A stretch of DNA of 64,000 nt, taken from Bacillota bacterium. Lineage in GTDB: Bacteria > Bacillota > Sulfobacillia > JAUYEG01. The notes under the pieces were generated by a model. That model was not told where the DNA came from and ran no database searches. It saw only the letters and a program-made list of their open reading frames with translations. The translations under genes were made by a program, and so were the position numbers. This document shows, piece after piece, positions 1-9,992 of the stretch; position 1 is the stretch's first letter; every line of letters begins with the position of its first letter. The stretch spans positions 24,095 to 88,094 of the forward strand of contig JAXGPL010000011.1 in the NCBI GenBank assembly GCA_040766985.1. Reading direction: 5' to 3'.

Positions 1-218
1 CGCTGCGTAAGTCGATTAATCTTAACGTCAAGTTGCTGTTTCTGCCGCCGGAACTGGTCCGTTACGTGCTGGTTCATGAGCTGTGCCATACCGTGCATCC
101 CAACCACTCGCCCGAGTTCTGGCGATTGGTTTCGCGGCATGAGCCGGGTTTCCGTGAACGGCGCAGGGTCTTGCGGCTGGCCGCACGCTACGTGCCCGAT
201 TGGGTCGCCCCCAACTAG
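1..218 (+). CDS. C-terminal part of an M48/YgjP(SprT-like) zinc metallopeptidase (truncated by window edge)
   Basis: YVLVHELCH HExxH motif followed by H..NHS..FW, typical of YgjP/DUF45 proteins. Confidence 0.75.
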   Translation, partial: LRKSINLNVKLLFLPPELVRYVLVHELCHTVHPNHSPEFWRLVSRHEPGFRERRRVLRLAARYVPDWVAPN

Positions 219-255
219 AGTGAGGAGGTCTTGAAGACGAGGTTTGCGGGTGCCT

Positions 256-285
256 TGTCTACGTCCTATCTGGCTAACATATACC
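256..285 (+). promoter_or_regulatory. possible sigmaE-type sporulation promoter
   Basis: CATATACC -10-like box at 278-285 with a TCTA-containing -35 upstream of a SpoIID-domain gene; weak match. Confidence 0.3.
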
Positions 286-330
286 TAGCCTGACATCGGG
301 CACGACCGAAGCAACCGGAGGACTGCTCCA

Positions 331-2589
331 TTGCGCAAACGGAAGATCACTGTATCCCGAAGCAGTAGGCACCTCAATCGCCGTCGCAGGTATCTCGGCA
401 TACTGGTGGCAGGGATACTGCTCGCCGTCGTTGCCGGGATGGCCACGCTTGCCTACCAACGCCGGGGCGCTCTTGATTCGGTCTCGACGTTCATCGCCGC
501 CCTCGCCGAAGGCGATATGGAAGCGGCCAGAACGTATCTCACCCCAGACGCGGCAGGACAACGCGACGCCCTCGAGTCGCTGGCTATCCTCGCCTGTAAT
601 GTCGAAGCGGCTCCCCGCATCGACCCTGGGGTTCGCATCGACTGGCCTGCGTACCTCATCCGCCGCGAGGTCGCGATACCGATTGTCCAGCCCGAAGAAA
701 CGGACTGGGTCAACATCGGTCTGCGGCGCACTTCCGCCGGTTGGCTCGTCTCGCGCCTCCCTGACCTGCTGGCGCACCCAGCCGCGGTCATGGTCCGGAC
801 GGAATCAGCGGGCCCGATTGGTCAGGCCGGCCTGCTGATTCGAGGGCGCGAGATCGCTGTTGACGAGGCTGGCGCGGGGCCACCCGGGCATGAAGTGGGG
901 TTCGCCGTGGTCCTGAGCGGCCGGCTGCTTTCATTCCAGCCGGCCGGGCAGCCGATAGAGCTCTCCAAGCTGGTCCTATTCAACGCTACGGGGCCCGTTG
1001 TCGAAACGGAGACCGAGGGAATCGTCCAGACCGCCCCGGGGCTGGCCCTCTACGACTTTAGCGGGTCCCGGCCCGCCCACCTCGGGCACCTTATCCCCGG
1101 CTCGACAGGACTCCAGGCATATGCGTGGCTGGGCAACGTCTATGCGGTCGCGCAGGTCGAGCCCTTTTCCCCGGCGCGCATCAGGGTCGCCCTGAACACG
1201 ACTGACTTCCTCGGCCTCGAGCACACCCGGGTTGCGGCCAGGTCCGGCGGCAGGCTGACCGTCACCGACCGGCTCACCGGCCGCAAGGTCAACATCAACG
1301 CCGGCACGACCGTCGTCCTCCGCCGCTCCGGAAGCGGTGTCATCGCCGAGACCACCGGCGGCTATCCGCTGCTGTCAAGCGACCTCCGCCTCTTCGTCAC
1401 GGCCGCCCAGGGTGAGCGGATCACGATCACCACCATCGGCCGCGGGACCGGCGCTAGCGGGTTCGCGCCTAGCTACCGCGGGCACATCGAGGTGGCCCCG
1501 GGCAGGGGCAGCGGCGTGAACGTGATCAACGACGTGCCGCTCAACGAATACCTCTACTCCGTCGTCCCCAGCGAGATGCCCGTCGGCTACGGCCTGGAGG
1601 CCCTCAAGGTCCAGGCCGTGGCGGCCCGCGCCTATGCCGTCGCGGCAATGCTCGGCGGCGGATACGTGTCCTACGGCGCTCATGCCGAGGATAGCGTGAT
1701 GTCCCAGGTGTACAACAACGTGCCGGAGGTGCCGGTGAGCAGCCAGGCCGTCGAGGCAACCAGCCTGGAGGTACCCGTGTACCAGGGCGAAATCGTCGAT
1801 GCCCGTTTCTACTCGACCTCCTGTGGCTTCACTGCCAACGCGCACGAGGTCTGGGCGACGAACGGCGAGTTTCCCGGCCAGGTCATACCCTACCTGCGGG
1901 CGGTTCCTCAGACCTCGCTCGTGGAAACCTTACCTGACGAGCAGGCAATGACCGGTTTCCTTAACCGCACCGACCTTGATGCGCCCGAAGCTGCCGCTCC
2001 GTTCTTCCGGTGGTCGGTCACCATGACCCGCGAGGAAATGGAGGCCAGCATCCGCTCAAACCTGCGCCCACGATACGAAGCCGACCCGGGATTTGTCCTC
2101 ACCCTGGACCAGCACGGCCGCTTCGTCTCAAAGGCGGTCCCCTCCGGCGACCCGATCGGCCGCCTGAAGGACATCCGGGTCATCAACCGCGGCCAGGGCG
2201 GCAACATCATGGTCCTTGAGATCGTCGGCACCAACGGGACGTACCGCATCGTCAAGGAGTACAATATACGCTTCACGCTCCGCCCGGTGCAGTACCTTGC
2301 GGGCAGGCCCCCTCTGGCCCTGCGGCTCCAGAACGGCTCGACGCGCAACAACTACTCCATCCTGCCGAGCGCGTTCACGGTGTTCGAGCTGACGCGGGAC
2401 GAGGCGGACGAGGTCACGCAGATCAGAATCGTGGGCGGCGGGAACGGGCACGGGGCCGGGATGAGCCAGACCGGCGCTGGAGCTCTGGCCGCCCGGGGCT
2501 GGAGCTACCGGGAGATCCTGCTCCACTACTACCCGGGCGCGGAGGTCATTGACCTGGCGGCAGAGGAGGGGCCCCCGGCTTCTCCGTAA
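331..2589 (+). CDS. SpoIID/LytB-domain peptidoglycan lytic transglycosylase with N-terminal TM and long extension
   Basis: GGAGG RBS before TTG; YLYSVVPSEMP (catalytic Glu), EALKVQAVAARAYA, GHGAGMSQTGA, ILLHYYPG motifs. Confidence 0.85.
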   Translation: MRKRKITVSRSSRHLNRRRRYLGILVAGILLAVVAGMATLAYQRRGALDSVSTFIAALAEGDMEAARTYLTPDAAGQRDALESLAILACNVEAAPRIDPGVRIDWPAYLIRREVAIPIVQPEETDWVNIGLRRTSAGWLVSRLPDLLAHPAAVMVRTESAGPIGQAGLLIRGREIAVDEAGAGPPGHEVGFAVVLSGRLLSFQPAGQPIELSKLVLFNATGPVVETETEGIVQTAPGLALYDFSGSRPAHLGHLIPGSTGLQAYAWLGNVYAVAQVEPFSPARIRVALNTTDFLGLEHTRVAARSGGRLTVTDRLTGRKVNINAGTTVVLRRSGSGVIAETTGGYPLLSSDLRLFVTAAQGERITITTIGRGTGASGFAPSYRGHIEVAPGRGSGVNVINDVPLNEYLYSVVPSEMPVGYGLEALKVQAVAARAYAVAAMLGGGYVSYGAHAEDSVMSQVYNNVPEVPVSSQAVEATSLEVPVYQGEIVDARFYSTSCGFTANAHEVWATNGEFPGQVIPYLRAVPQTSLVETLPDEQAMTGFLNRTDLDAPEAAAPFFRWSVTMTREEMEASIRSNLRPRYEADPGFVLTLDQHGRFVSKAVPSGDPIGRLKDIRVINRGQGGNIMVLEIVGTNGTYRIVKEYNIRFTLRPVQYLAGRPPLALRLQNGSTRNNYSILPSAFTVFELTRDEADEVTQIRIVGGGNGHGAGMSQTGAGALAARGWSYREILLHYYPGAEVIDLAAEEGPPASP

Positions 2590-2644
2590 CCCCGGCGGGG
2601 TTGATGAAACTTCACGCCTCCCCCTCCCTTTGCAGCTACGTACC

Positions 2645-3999
2645 TTAGTACCACGGCCCCTTTGACTCCCCGCTCGGTTGCGGCAATGGCCTGCCCACGT
2701 GCGGTTCGGTGTAGATGCGGCCTTCCTTGACGATCACGTGCCCGTCGCGGATCACGAGATTGACTCTTGCGAGATCGTTGAGGTCGGCATCCGGACGGCC
2801 CGCGACGACCAGCACGTCCGCCAGCTTGCCCGGCTCAAGCGTGCCCAGCAGATGGTCCACGTCGAGGATTGCTGCGTTGATCCGTGTTGCAGCCTCAAGA
2901 GCCTCAACCGTTGTCGCGCCCGCTTCGGCGAGAAACTGCAGTTCGCGGATATACGCCTGCGGCATGAAGCGGAACCAATCCATGACGATGTCGGTGCCGA
3001 CCCCGATGGTGACGCCGGCCTGCATCATCCGCCGCAGGACCTTCAGATTGGCTTCCTTGGAGAAGGTGAACCGCCGCGAAGTCGACCCGAAGTACCCGCC
3101 CCACAGGTCGAAGATGATCGTGTACGGGATTAACGTCGGTACGGCCTGTGTGCCTCGTTCCGCCATCATCCCGATTGTGGCGTCGGTGCGCGGCAGCGGG
3201 TGCTCGATTGTGTCGCAGCCCGCTTCGACGGCCCACTGGATGTAGAAGGTTTCGGCGTCGCACATTACCTTCAGACCGAGGGTGTGCGCCTCATCCACCG
3301 CCGCGTTGATCTCCTCACGCGAAAAGTGGCTCGCCACCTTGATTACGTCCGCCCCGGCCTTGAACTGCTGGCGCACCGCATTCCGCCAATCGTCCGGCCC
3401 CGAGGCCTCGCGGATCGTTCCGTAGCCGGCGGCTGTCGGTGACAGCCCCTCGGCGGCGTGACCCCCCGTGCCCGTGATCAGGGCGCCACACGCAAAAACC
3501 CGCGGCAGCGGCAGGCGGTTCTGCGCGACCCACGCCTTGAGCCTGAACGGCACGTCACCGTGTGACCCCGCGTCCCGCACGCTGGTGACGCCGCTCTCGG
3601 CCCAAAACCGCAGCCGTTCGATCGCCCGCAGCGTGCAGTCGCTCAGGCTCTGAGCCTGGTCCATCGGGACGCCGGGCTCCGTGTACGTTAGGTGGGTGTG
3701 CGCGTCGATCAGTCCAGGCATGACGGTATGCCCGGATACATCCAGGATCAGTGCATCGTCCGGCCAGCCGGCGCCGTCCGCCGGCAGGATCCTCTCGATC
3801 CGGTTGCCCCTGATCACCACGGAGCCGGGCGCAGCCGGCGAACCGGTCGCCGTCCAAACCCGGCCTCCCTGAGCACAGTCGTCTTGTCGGTGCTCCGGTC
3901 CCGCGTGGGTACCGGGACTCGGCGCGGATCATCGGAAACCGGTGTCTTCGCATCGAGCCATCTGCGCCGCTCGGTGTAACAAATGCTCTCGTTTGCCAT
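2645..3999 (-). CDS. metal-dependent amidohydrolase (single indel near 3868)
   Basis: PGLIDAHTH, GTD, GTLEPGKLAD motifs; GGAGG-ATG at 3999; adding one G restores ...VLRGGRVWTATG... Confidence 0.8.
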
Positions 4000-4163
4000 A
4001 TCAATTCCTCCCAGGGCCGGCTGTCGTGCGCGGCCACAGAGGGCGTGCTTCGGGGCACAGAGCCCGTCCTCCTTCGGGCGGATTGCGACCCCGGAGCGCG
4101 TGCAGGCGCGACGGCCCGTGCCGGTGAACCCGTTGGCAATCCGACCGTAGGGGAGGAAGCGGT

Positions 4164-5147
4164 ATGAAGCTGTTGGTGTTGGGGGGCACGCGTTTTCTTG
4201 GGCTCCATCTGGTTGAGGCCGCCAGGGCAGCGGGACATGAGGTGGCCGTGTTTAACCGCGGGCTGTCCCGCCCCGAGGCGCTGCCCGGGATCGAGAACCT
4301 GCGCGGCGACCGCGACGGCGGCCTCGATGCCCTGGCCGGACGAGAGTGGGATGCGGTGATTGACACTTCGGGCTACTTTCCCCGCGTGGTCGGCCTGGCC
4401 GCCCGGTTCTTCGCCGACCGCGCGGAGCGCTACGTGTTCATCTCGACGATCTCGGTGTACGCCGACTTTTCCCGCCCTGGACTGACCGAGCAGGCCGAAC
4501 TGGCGACCACCGACGCCCCGGCCTCCGAGTCGCGGGACGGCCGGACGTACGGCGCGCTCAAAGCCCTGTGTGAGGCCGAAGTGCTGCGGGCCGTGCCGGA
4601 ACGCTCGCTGATCATCCGGCCCGGCCTGATCGTCGGCCCCCATGACCCGACGGACAGGTTCACCTACTGGCCGCTGCGCGCCGCAAGGGGCGGGACCGTC
4701 CTCGCACCCGATGGGCCGGGCTGCCCGACGCAGTTCATCGATGCCCGGGATCTGGCCGCCTGGACTGTCCGTATGGCCTGCAGGGGCGGGACTGGTATCT
4801 ACCACGCCACGAGCCGTGCCGGTCAGTTCACCCTCGGCGATGTCCTGCAGGTGTGCCGAAGTGCGGTTTCCGCCGCGTCGGATCTCGAGTGGGTTTCCGA
4901 GGAGTTCCTGCTCAGGGCGGGGGTGACGCCGTGGATGGACCTTCCCCTCTGGGTTCCCGAGGCCCAGTCCGGGATGCTCATAGTCTATTGTCGCAAGGCT
5001 TTCGGGGCCGGACTCAGTATCCGTCCTATTACGGAAACCGTTACGGACCTGCTCGCGTGGGCTGCGACAAGGAGTGCCGCGCAATTGCGTGCAGGTCTGA
5101 GTCCCGAGCGCGAGGCCGCTCTGCTCGAGCAATGGAGGAGCCGCTAA
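4164..5147 (+). CDS. NAD-dependent epimerase/dehydratase (atypical SDR)
   Basis: GGTRFLG Rossmann motif, YGALK, IRPGLIVGP; GGAGG RBS. Confidence 0.85.
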   Translation: MKLLVLGGTRFLGLHLVEAARAAGHEVAVFNRGLSRPEALPGIENLRGDRDGGLDALAGREWDAVIDTSGYFPRVVGLAARFFADRAERYVFISTISVYADFSRPGLTEQAELATTDAPASESRDGRTYGALKALCEAEVLRAVPERSLIIRPGLIVGPHDPTDRFTYWPLRAARGGTVLAPDGPGCPTQFIDARDLAAWTVRMACRGGTGIYHATSRAGQFTLGDVLQVCRSAVSAASDLEWVSEEFLLRAGVTPWMDLPLWVPEAQSGMLIVYCRKAFGAGLSIRPITETVTDLLAWAATRSAAQLRAGLSPEREAALLEQWRSR

Positions 5148-5223
5148 ACCATTAAGTGCCATATCGGCCGCTGCTGGCTGGCGTGTTTTGCTAGGGCAGA
5201 ATATGCCCAAAGGAGGTGAGACG

Positions 5224-5451
5224 ATGGAGCGTTACGACGACAAGAACAAAGAGGACAGGGACAACTTCAAGGATTGGGACAACAAGAACAACGACGACAA
5301 GAACCTCGATAAGAATATCAACAAGGACAACCTCAACAAGGATAAGGATAACCTCAACAAAGACAACTTTGGCGAGGGCAACCTCAACAAGGACAACGAC
5401 AATCGCTCCGAGTTCTCGGAGGATCTTGCGCCACGCCGGAGGCGCCGCTAG
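5224..5451 (+). CDS. small Asn/Asp/Lys-rich repetitive protein (75 aa)
   Basis: strong AAAGGAGGTGA RBS; NLNKD repeats; C-terminal EFSEDLAPRRRRR. Confidence 0.7.
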   Translation: MERYDDKNKEDRDNFKDWDNKNNDDKNLDKNINKDNLNKDKDNLNKDNFGEGNLNKDNDNRSEFSEDLAPRRRRR

Positions 5452-5595
5452 CCCTCCTTATACTTGCCTGCTGACCTGTATGTTCCCGGGGGCGCACCAT
5501 ACCAGGTGCGCCCTCTTGGCGCCGGTTCGCCTCCAGCCCCCCGTTTGGAGTCGGCCACCCGGCGGAGATTCCGCGCCATGACCAACACTTTTTCC

Positions 5596-5622
5596 GGAAC
5601 TCGCCCGTGGTCGAATCGTCAA
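5596..5622 (+). promoter_or_regulatory. ECF-sigma-type promoter
   Basis: GGAAC-N16-CGTCAA directly upstream of the I42 inhibitor gene. Confidence 0.5.
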
Positions 5623-5654
5623 ATGCCGTGGAAACTGGAGGAGGTGAAATTCAG

Positions 5655-6041
5655 ATGAGAAACAGGGGTCTTGTCGCAGCAATCGCCCTCGTCGTAGTCC
5701 TTGCGGTAGGCTTTGTGGTGGTGGCTCACTTCCGCAGCGCAGAGGCTCTTTCCGAGGGGAAGGAGCGGGTGATCAACCTCAAGGTTGGCGACACATACAC
5801 GGTGGTTCTCGACTCGAATCAGTCAACGGGCTATTCATGGGCGCCCACCTTTGACTCCGCCTTGCTTGAACTGGTAGACCAGGAGTTCACGGCGTCGACA
5901 ACGATGCTCGGCGCAGCCGGCCAAGAGCACATCCGATTCAGGGCTCTTGCCAAGGGGACCACGGAGGTGCGGTTCGCCTACCAGCGGGCCTGGGAAGGCA
6001 ACGCTGAACGGGTCGCAACCTACCAGTTCAACATCAAGTAA
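5655..6041 (+). CDS. secreted/membrane-anchored chagasin-family (I42) cysteine protease inhibitor
   Basis: N-terminal hydrophobic helix; SNQSTGYSW, LGAAG, YQRAWE loops match the NPTTGY/GxGG/RPW chagasin motifs. Confidence 0.8.
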   Translation: MRNRGLVAAIALVVVLAVGFVVVAHFRSAEALSEGKERVINLKVGDTYTVVLDSNQSTGYSWAPTFDSALLELVDQEFTASTTMLGAAGQEHIRFRALAKGTTEVRFAYQRAWEGNAERVATYQFNIK

Positions 6042-6049
6042 GGGTTTCG

Positions 6050-6409
6050 TCAAAGCGTGCGGCGAAGGTGGTCCGGGCCACCTTCGTTTGCCGCATCTGT
6101 CCTCTCCTGGTCTCCTGTCGCACGTACGCGACCTGTGTACCTGTCAACGTGCTGCACCGCTCCGCACGAATCGCACACGAACTGCTCCAGCTCGCGCCGC
6201 ACCTCGTTGACCGTACCACACTCGGTGCAGGTCAGTGGCCAGAAGTCCCCCTCATTGGTGCCGATCATCGCGAGGGTGGTAAAAGACAGCAGTGTAACGA
6301 CCCAGGCCGGGGGAAAGACGAACCCCAGCCCGAGAGTAGCCAGAACGACTGCGGCAGCGGTCAGCCTGGCTTGCCTTGCCGAGGCTTTCTTAGTCGTTGG
6401 GTCTCTCAT
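6050..6409 (-). CDS. small membrane protein with C-terminal zinc ribbon
   Basis: two hydrophobic segments followed by CTEC...CDSC. Confidence 0.6.
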   Translation of the reverse strand: MRDPTTKKASARQARLTAAAVVLATLGLGFVFPPAWVVTLLSFTTLAMIGTNEGDFWPLTCTECGTVNEVRRELEQFVCDSCGAVQHVDRYTGRVRATGDQERTDAANEGGPDHLRRTL

Positions 6410-6627
6410 ATGCGCTCAGTAAGAGAATCGGCAGAGTCAAACACTACTTGAGGTTTCCAGTAGCGAATCTTGCACCTGTTTGCGCTGACCGCAGGAACCG
6501 CGTCATCGGGCCGTCGTGAAGGGGAGGCTACCCATGCCATTGCGGTTATGTCAAATCTGCTGCATCCGCAAAGAGAGGCCCGGGTGTCCTGACGGATACC
6601 CGGGCGCACGTTCGCCGCGCGTTATGA

Positions 6628-6927
6628 CTACCTACTGCGGGGTTGGCTCTGGGAGCCCTGCGTCAACTGGTTGCCGATCTTGTAGACGTTGTCCACCTGG
6701 TGCTCGTCCTTCTCCTGTTTGCTGATGAACGTCTTGCAGCACGTCGCCTCACATCGCCCGACCGGGGTGTCAACCTGGCTGATCATGGAGGCGTCCATTC
6801 CGTGGAAGGACTGGGCGCCGACCTGGTCGCCGGTGATGACGATCGACGAAGCCTCGCAGTAGTTGCCCGTCATCCAGTAGTGGCAGTTGCTGACGCTACA
6901 GCGGATCCGTTCCTTGTCCGGGCTCAT
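6628..6927 (-). CDS. DUF1540-family Cys-rich small protein
   Basis: CSVSNCHYW...C.ASSI and CCKTF motifs; AAGGAGG RBS. Confidence 0.8.
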   Translation of the reverse strand: MSPDKERIRCSVSNCHYWMTGNYCEASSIVITGDQVGAQSFHGMDASMISQVDTPVGRCEATCCKTFISKQEKDEHQVDNVYKIGNQLTQGSQSQPRSR

Positions 6928-7049
6928 TTGGTCCCCTCCTTTGGTGGTCTAGGTACGCTGACAGAGCGTCACCAAATCGCAAAATGTAGCTTGCCCAGGA
7001 TGCCGCCTGGCGCCCGCGTGGCGGCGCCGCGATAGGAAACCGCAGTTCG

Positions 7050-8210
7050 ATGCTGAAACTTGCTGGACGAGAGGGGGCGTTAACCCTGCATACTGCAACT
7101 TACGCCCAACGTGCCGCATCGCTCCAGACCCTTCTGGGCCGTGTGCCGCGTGTCGAACTGGGCATCTGGCCGACACCCGTGCAGCACCTACCGAGGCTCG
7201 GCCGTGCGCACGGGGCTCGCAACCTGCTGGTCAAGAGAGACGACATGTCCGGCCTTGGCCTCGGCGGCAACAAGGTTCGCTCACTCGAATTCCTGCTCGG
7301 GGCGGCGCTTGCAGAGGGAGCCGACACGGTGATTGCAGGAGGCGGGCTGCAGTCCAACCTCTGTCGCCTCGCGGCGGCGGCCGCGGCAAAGCTCGGGCTG
7401 GAGTGCGTGCTGGTGCACAACGATGAGCGCCCCGGTTTCTACCAGGGGAACATGTTGCTCAACCACCTCGCCGGGGCGCGCCAGGTGTTCGCAGGGCCCG
7501 TCGGCGAAGACGAGCGCGAGGCCCTCTGCGATTCGATCGCAGCGCAGGTCAGGCGCGACGGCGGCCGTCCGTATGTCATCCGCAACGGGGCATCAACCTC
7601 GCTGGGAGCTCTCGGGTACGTTCGCGCCGCGCTTGAGCTGTATGGGCAGTCGGTTTCCATGGGTCTCGACCTGGCCAACGTCGTGATCGTCGGCGCGATG
7701 GGCGGCACTGCTGGTGGGCTGGTGCTTGGACTTGCCCTGTTGGGTGCGCCGTTCCGCGCCCACGTGATCAGTGTTGAGTACCCGAAGGACGAATTGGCCC
7801 GGCGTCTTTTGGAGCTCGCCGCAGGCGCCCTTGACGTTCTGGAGAGATGCAGGCTGCCGCATGAGCCGCATCTGGCGCCTGCGTCGTTCGATACGGCAGC
7901 AGTGGTATGGGAGGAATACCTCGGGCCCGGCTATGCCCTCGACTCGGACGACTCCCGGGCTGCTCTCTTTGCCGCGGCCAGGCTTGAAGGGCTCTATCTT
8001 GAGCCCGTCTACACCGCAAAGACCCTCGCCGGATGTCTTGACCTCCTTGAGTGCAACCGCATCGAACGGGACCGGGGTTGCTGCTTCTTTCACACTGGGG
8101 GAAGCGGTGCGCTGTTCGGGCTGGCCGGCAGATTGCAGCCGCAAGATCCGGGCCACAAGGTCAATTCAGCACAGAAAAGGGCCGATAACGAAGGTATCAA
8201 GGAAGGGTGA
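7050..8210 (+). CDS. PLP-dependent D-cysteine desulfhydrase / ACC deaminase family protein
   Basis: PTP, KRDD..G...GGNK (PLP lysine), QSN, EPVYTAK, FHTGG. Confidence 0.85.
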   Translation: MLKLAGREGALTLHTATYAQRAASLQTLLGRVPRVELGIWPTPVQHLPRLGRAHGARNLLVKRDDMSGLGLGGNKVRSLEFLLGAALAEGADTVIAGGGLQSNLCRLAAAAAAKLGLECVLVHNDERPGFYQGNMLLNHLAGARQVFAGPVGEDEREALCDSIAAQVRRDGGRPYVIRNGASTSLGALGYVRAALELYGQSVSMGLDLANVVIVGAMGGTAGGLVLGLALLGAPFRAHVISVEYPKDELARRLLELAAGALDVLERCRLPHEPHLAPASFDTAAVVWEEYLGPGYALDSDDSRAALFAAARLEGLYLEPVYTAKTLAGCLDLLECNRIERDRGCCFFHTGGSGALFGLAGRLQPQDPGHKVNSAQKRADNEGIKEG

Positions 8211-8252
8211 CAGCATTGGGCCCACCTCTTCACGGTCTGCCGGGAGATTAAG

Positions 8253-9932
8253 ATGGATGCCGCGCCGGATCGCCGTACGGCAGGTTTCGGACCATCCGGG
8301 CCGCATCTCGACGTTGAGGCGGTCACTGACCCAGCGTTGCTTGAAACCCTCAGAGTCCTTAAGCCGGACCACTACTATGATCTCCTGCAGGTCGTCGGTT
8401 CCGCCGCGGCAGGCCTCGACCTTGTCGCCCCCGGCCAAGTTCTGGCCCGATTCACGCTGCCCGATGCCGGCGACGCTACGGACACCGCCTCAGAAGATGG
8501 GCATTCAGGCGTCGGCCAGGATTACGACGGCGGCACCCGTGTGCTCGCCCGCACCGCCGGCCATGGCACGGAGTTCGATGCCGAGAGCCTCACGGTTGTC
8601 GCCCGCGCCGCCGGGATCGTCCTGTACGACGGAGAGCAGGTCGGTGTGATGCCGCTGGCGCGCGACGGCCGAGTCGAGGTCGCCGTAAACGCCGACGCGA
8701 GTGAAGCACACGCAACCCTCACCCCGCCGGGGCCGGAAAGCAAGCCGGTCTCGGTCGCCGACGTCGCCCAAGGACTGGCTTCCTCTGGAGTCCGGTTGGG
8801 CGTGGATCAGGCAGCTATTGAGCAGGCCGTAAGCGAGCTTGAGGCGACGGGCCAACGCGTGTGCGCGAAGGTGGCGTCGGGGCGCCGGCCGCAGCCCGGG
8901 ACCGATGGCGCCATCGAGTACCTGGTCGACATCGGAAACCTGCCCGTCGCGGCGGACAGCGGCGACAGGATTGATTTCAAGAACCTCAACATTATCTGCG
9001 GCGTCGAGCGCAACCAGGCTCTCGTCAGGCGAATTCCGGCGACTAAGGGCGTACCTGGGTATACCGTGACCGGGAGGATCCTGCCGGCCAAGGACGGCCG
9101 CGAGGCGCAGCTACCACTGGGTTCAAACGTTCAGGTCGATCCAGGAGACCCGAACGTCCTCCGTTCGGCCATCGACGGCAATCTCAGGGTGGTCCAGGGC
9201 AAGATCGAGGTCAACAAGAGCTTCACTGTCCCAGGGAACGTGGATTACTCCACCGGGCACATCAAGTACGATCATTCGGTGGTCATCCGCGGCGACGTCA
9301 AGGGCGGCTTCAACGTCGAATGTGGTGGGGACCTCGAAGTCAAGGGAGCCGTTGAGGACTGCGGCGTGCGCGCCGGAGGCGGCGTGCTGATCCGCGGCGG
9401 GTTCATGGGCCAGGGGGCGGGGATGATCCGGGCCGGCGGAGCGGTGCGACTTGGCTTCGGCCGCAACCAGACCGTGCAGTGCTCGGGCCCGTTGATCGTT
9501 GAGCGCGAGGCGATCAACATGACCCTCCGGTCGGACGACTCCGTCTCTGTCGCCGGGCTTCTCGTCGGCGGCGAGGTCATGGCGCGCAACCGCATCGAGT
9601 GCCGTATCGCGGGCAACCCCAGCGGTTCGCGAACAAGGCTTGAGGTCGGCGTGGTGTGTGAGCTGGTTCAGGCCGCTGCCGGCCTGGCCAGGGAGATTGA
9701 GGTGATGCGCCGCCGCCACCAGCCCGAACAAGAGGTCGCCGTGCTGGAGCAGCGGCATAAAGCATTGCTCGAGCAAGCCTACGCGATCGGTTCGGCGACC
9801 ATCGTCGTCAAGGAACGAATCAACCCCGGTGTGCTGGTCAAGATCGGAGCGGCCCCGGTTATCAGATTTGCCGAAGAAACCCGCGGCCCCGTCGTATTCA
9901 CCCTTCGTGACGGCGAGGTCAAGATTTCCTAG
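8253..9932 (+). CDS. DUF342/FapA family protein
   Basis: RIDFKNL, GYTVTG, VDYSTGHI and beta-helix repeats typical of FapA. Confidence 0.8.
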   Translation: MDAAPDRRTAGFGPSGPHLDVEAVTDPALLETLRVLKPDHYYDLLQVVGSAAAGLDLVAPGQVLARFTLPDAGDATDTASEDGHSGVGQDYDGGTRVLARTAGHGTEFDAESLTVVARAAGIVLYDGEQVGVMPLARDGRVEVAVNADASEAHATLTPPGPESKPVSVADVAQGLASSGVRLGVDQAAIEQAVSELEATGQRVCAKVASGRRPQPGTDGAIEYLVDIGNLPVAADSGDRIDFKNLNIICGVERNQALVRRIPATKGVPGYTVTGRILPAKDGREAQLPLGSNVQVDPGDPNVLRSAIDGNLRVVQGKIEVNKSFTVPGNVDYSTGHIKYDHSVVIRGDVKGGFNVECGGDLEVKGAVEDCGVRAGGGVLIRGGFMGQGAGMIRAGGAVRLGFGRNQTVQCSGPLIVEREAINMTLRSDDSVSVAGLLVGGEVMARNRIECRIAGNPSGSRTRLEVGVVCELVQAAAGLAREIEVMRRRHQPEQEVAVLEQRHKALLEQAYAIGSATIVVKERINPGVLVKIGAAPVIRFAEETRGPVVFTLRDGEVKIS

Positions 9933-9951
9933 CCCCGCAAACCCCACAATG

Positions 9952-9981
9952 GAAGGAATTGGCATACACTCCCCCGAATGA
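9952..9981 (+). promoter_or_regulatory. sigmaH-type promoter upstream of comEA
   Basis: GAAGGAATT-N12-CCCGAATGA (AGGA 9954-9957, GAAT 9976-9979). Confidence 0.6.
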
Positions 9982-9992
9982 TCCTCTGAGGG

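Noticed and set aside
3555-5210. Long antisense ORFs (e.g. 551 aa here, 48411-49913, 15259-16317)
   Set aside because: Shadow ORFs expected opposite real genes in high-GC DNA; no motifs
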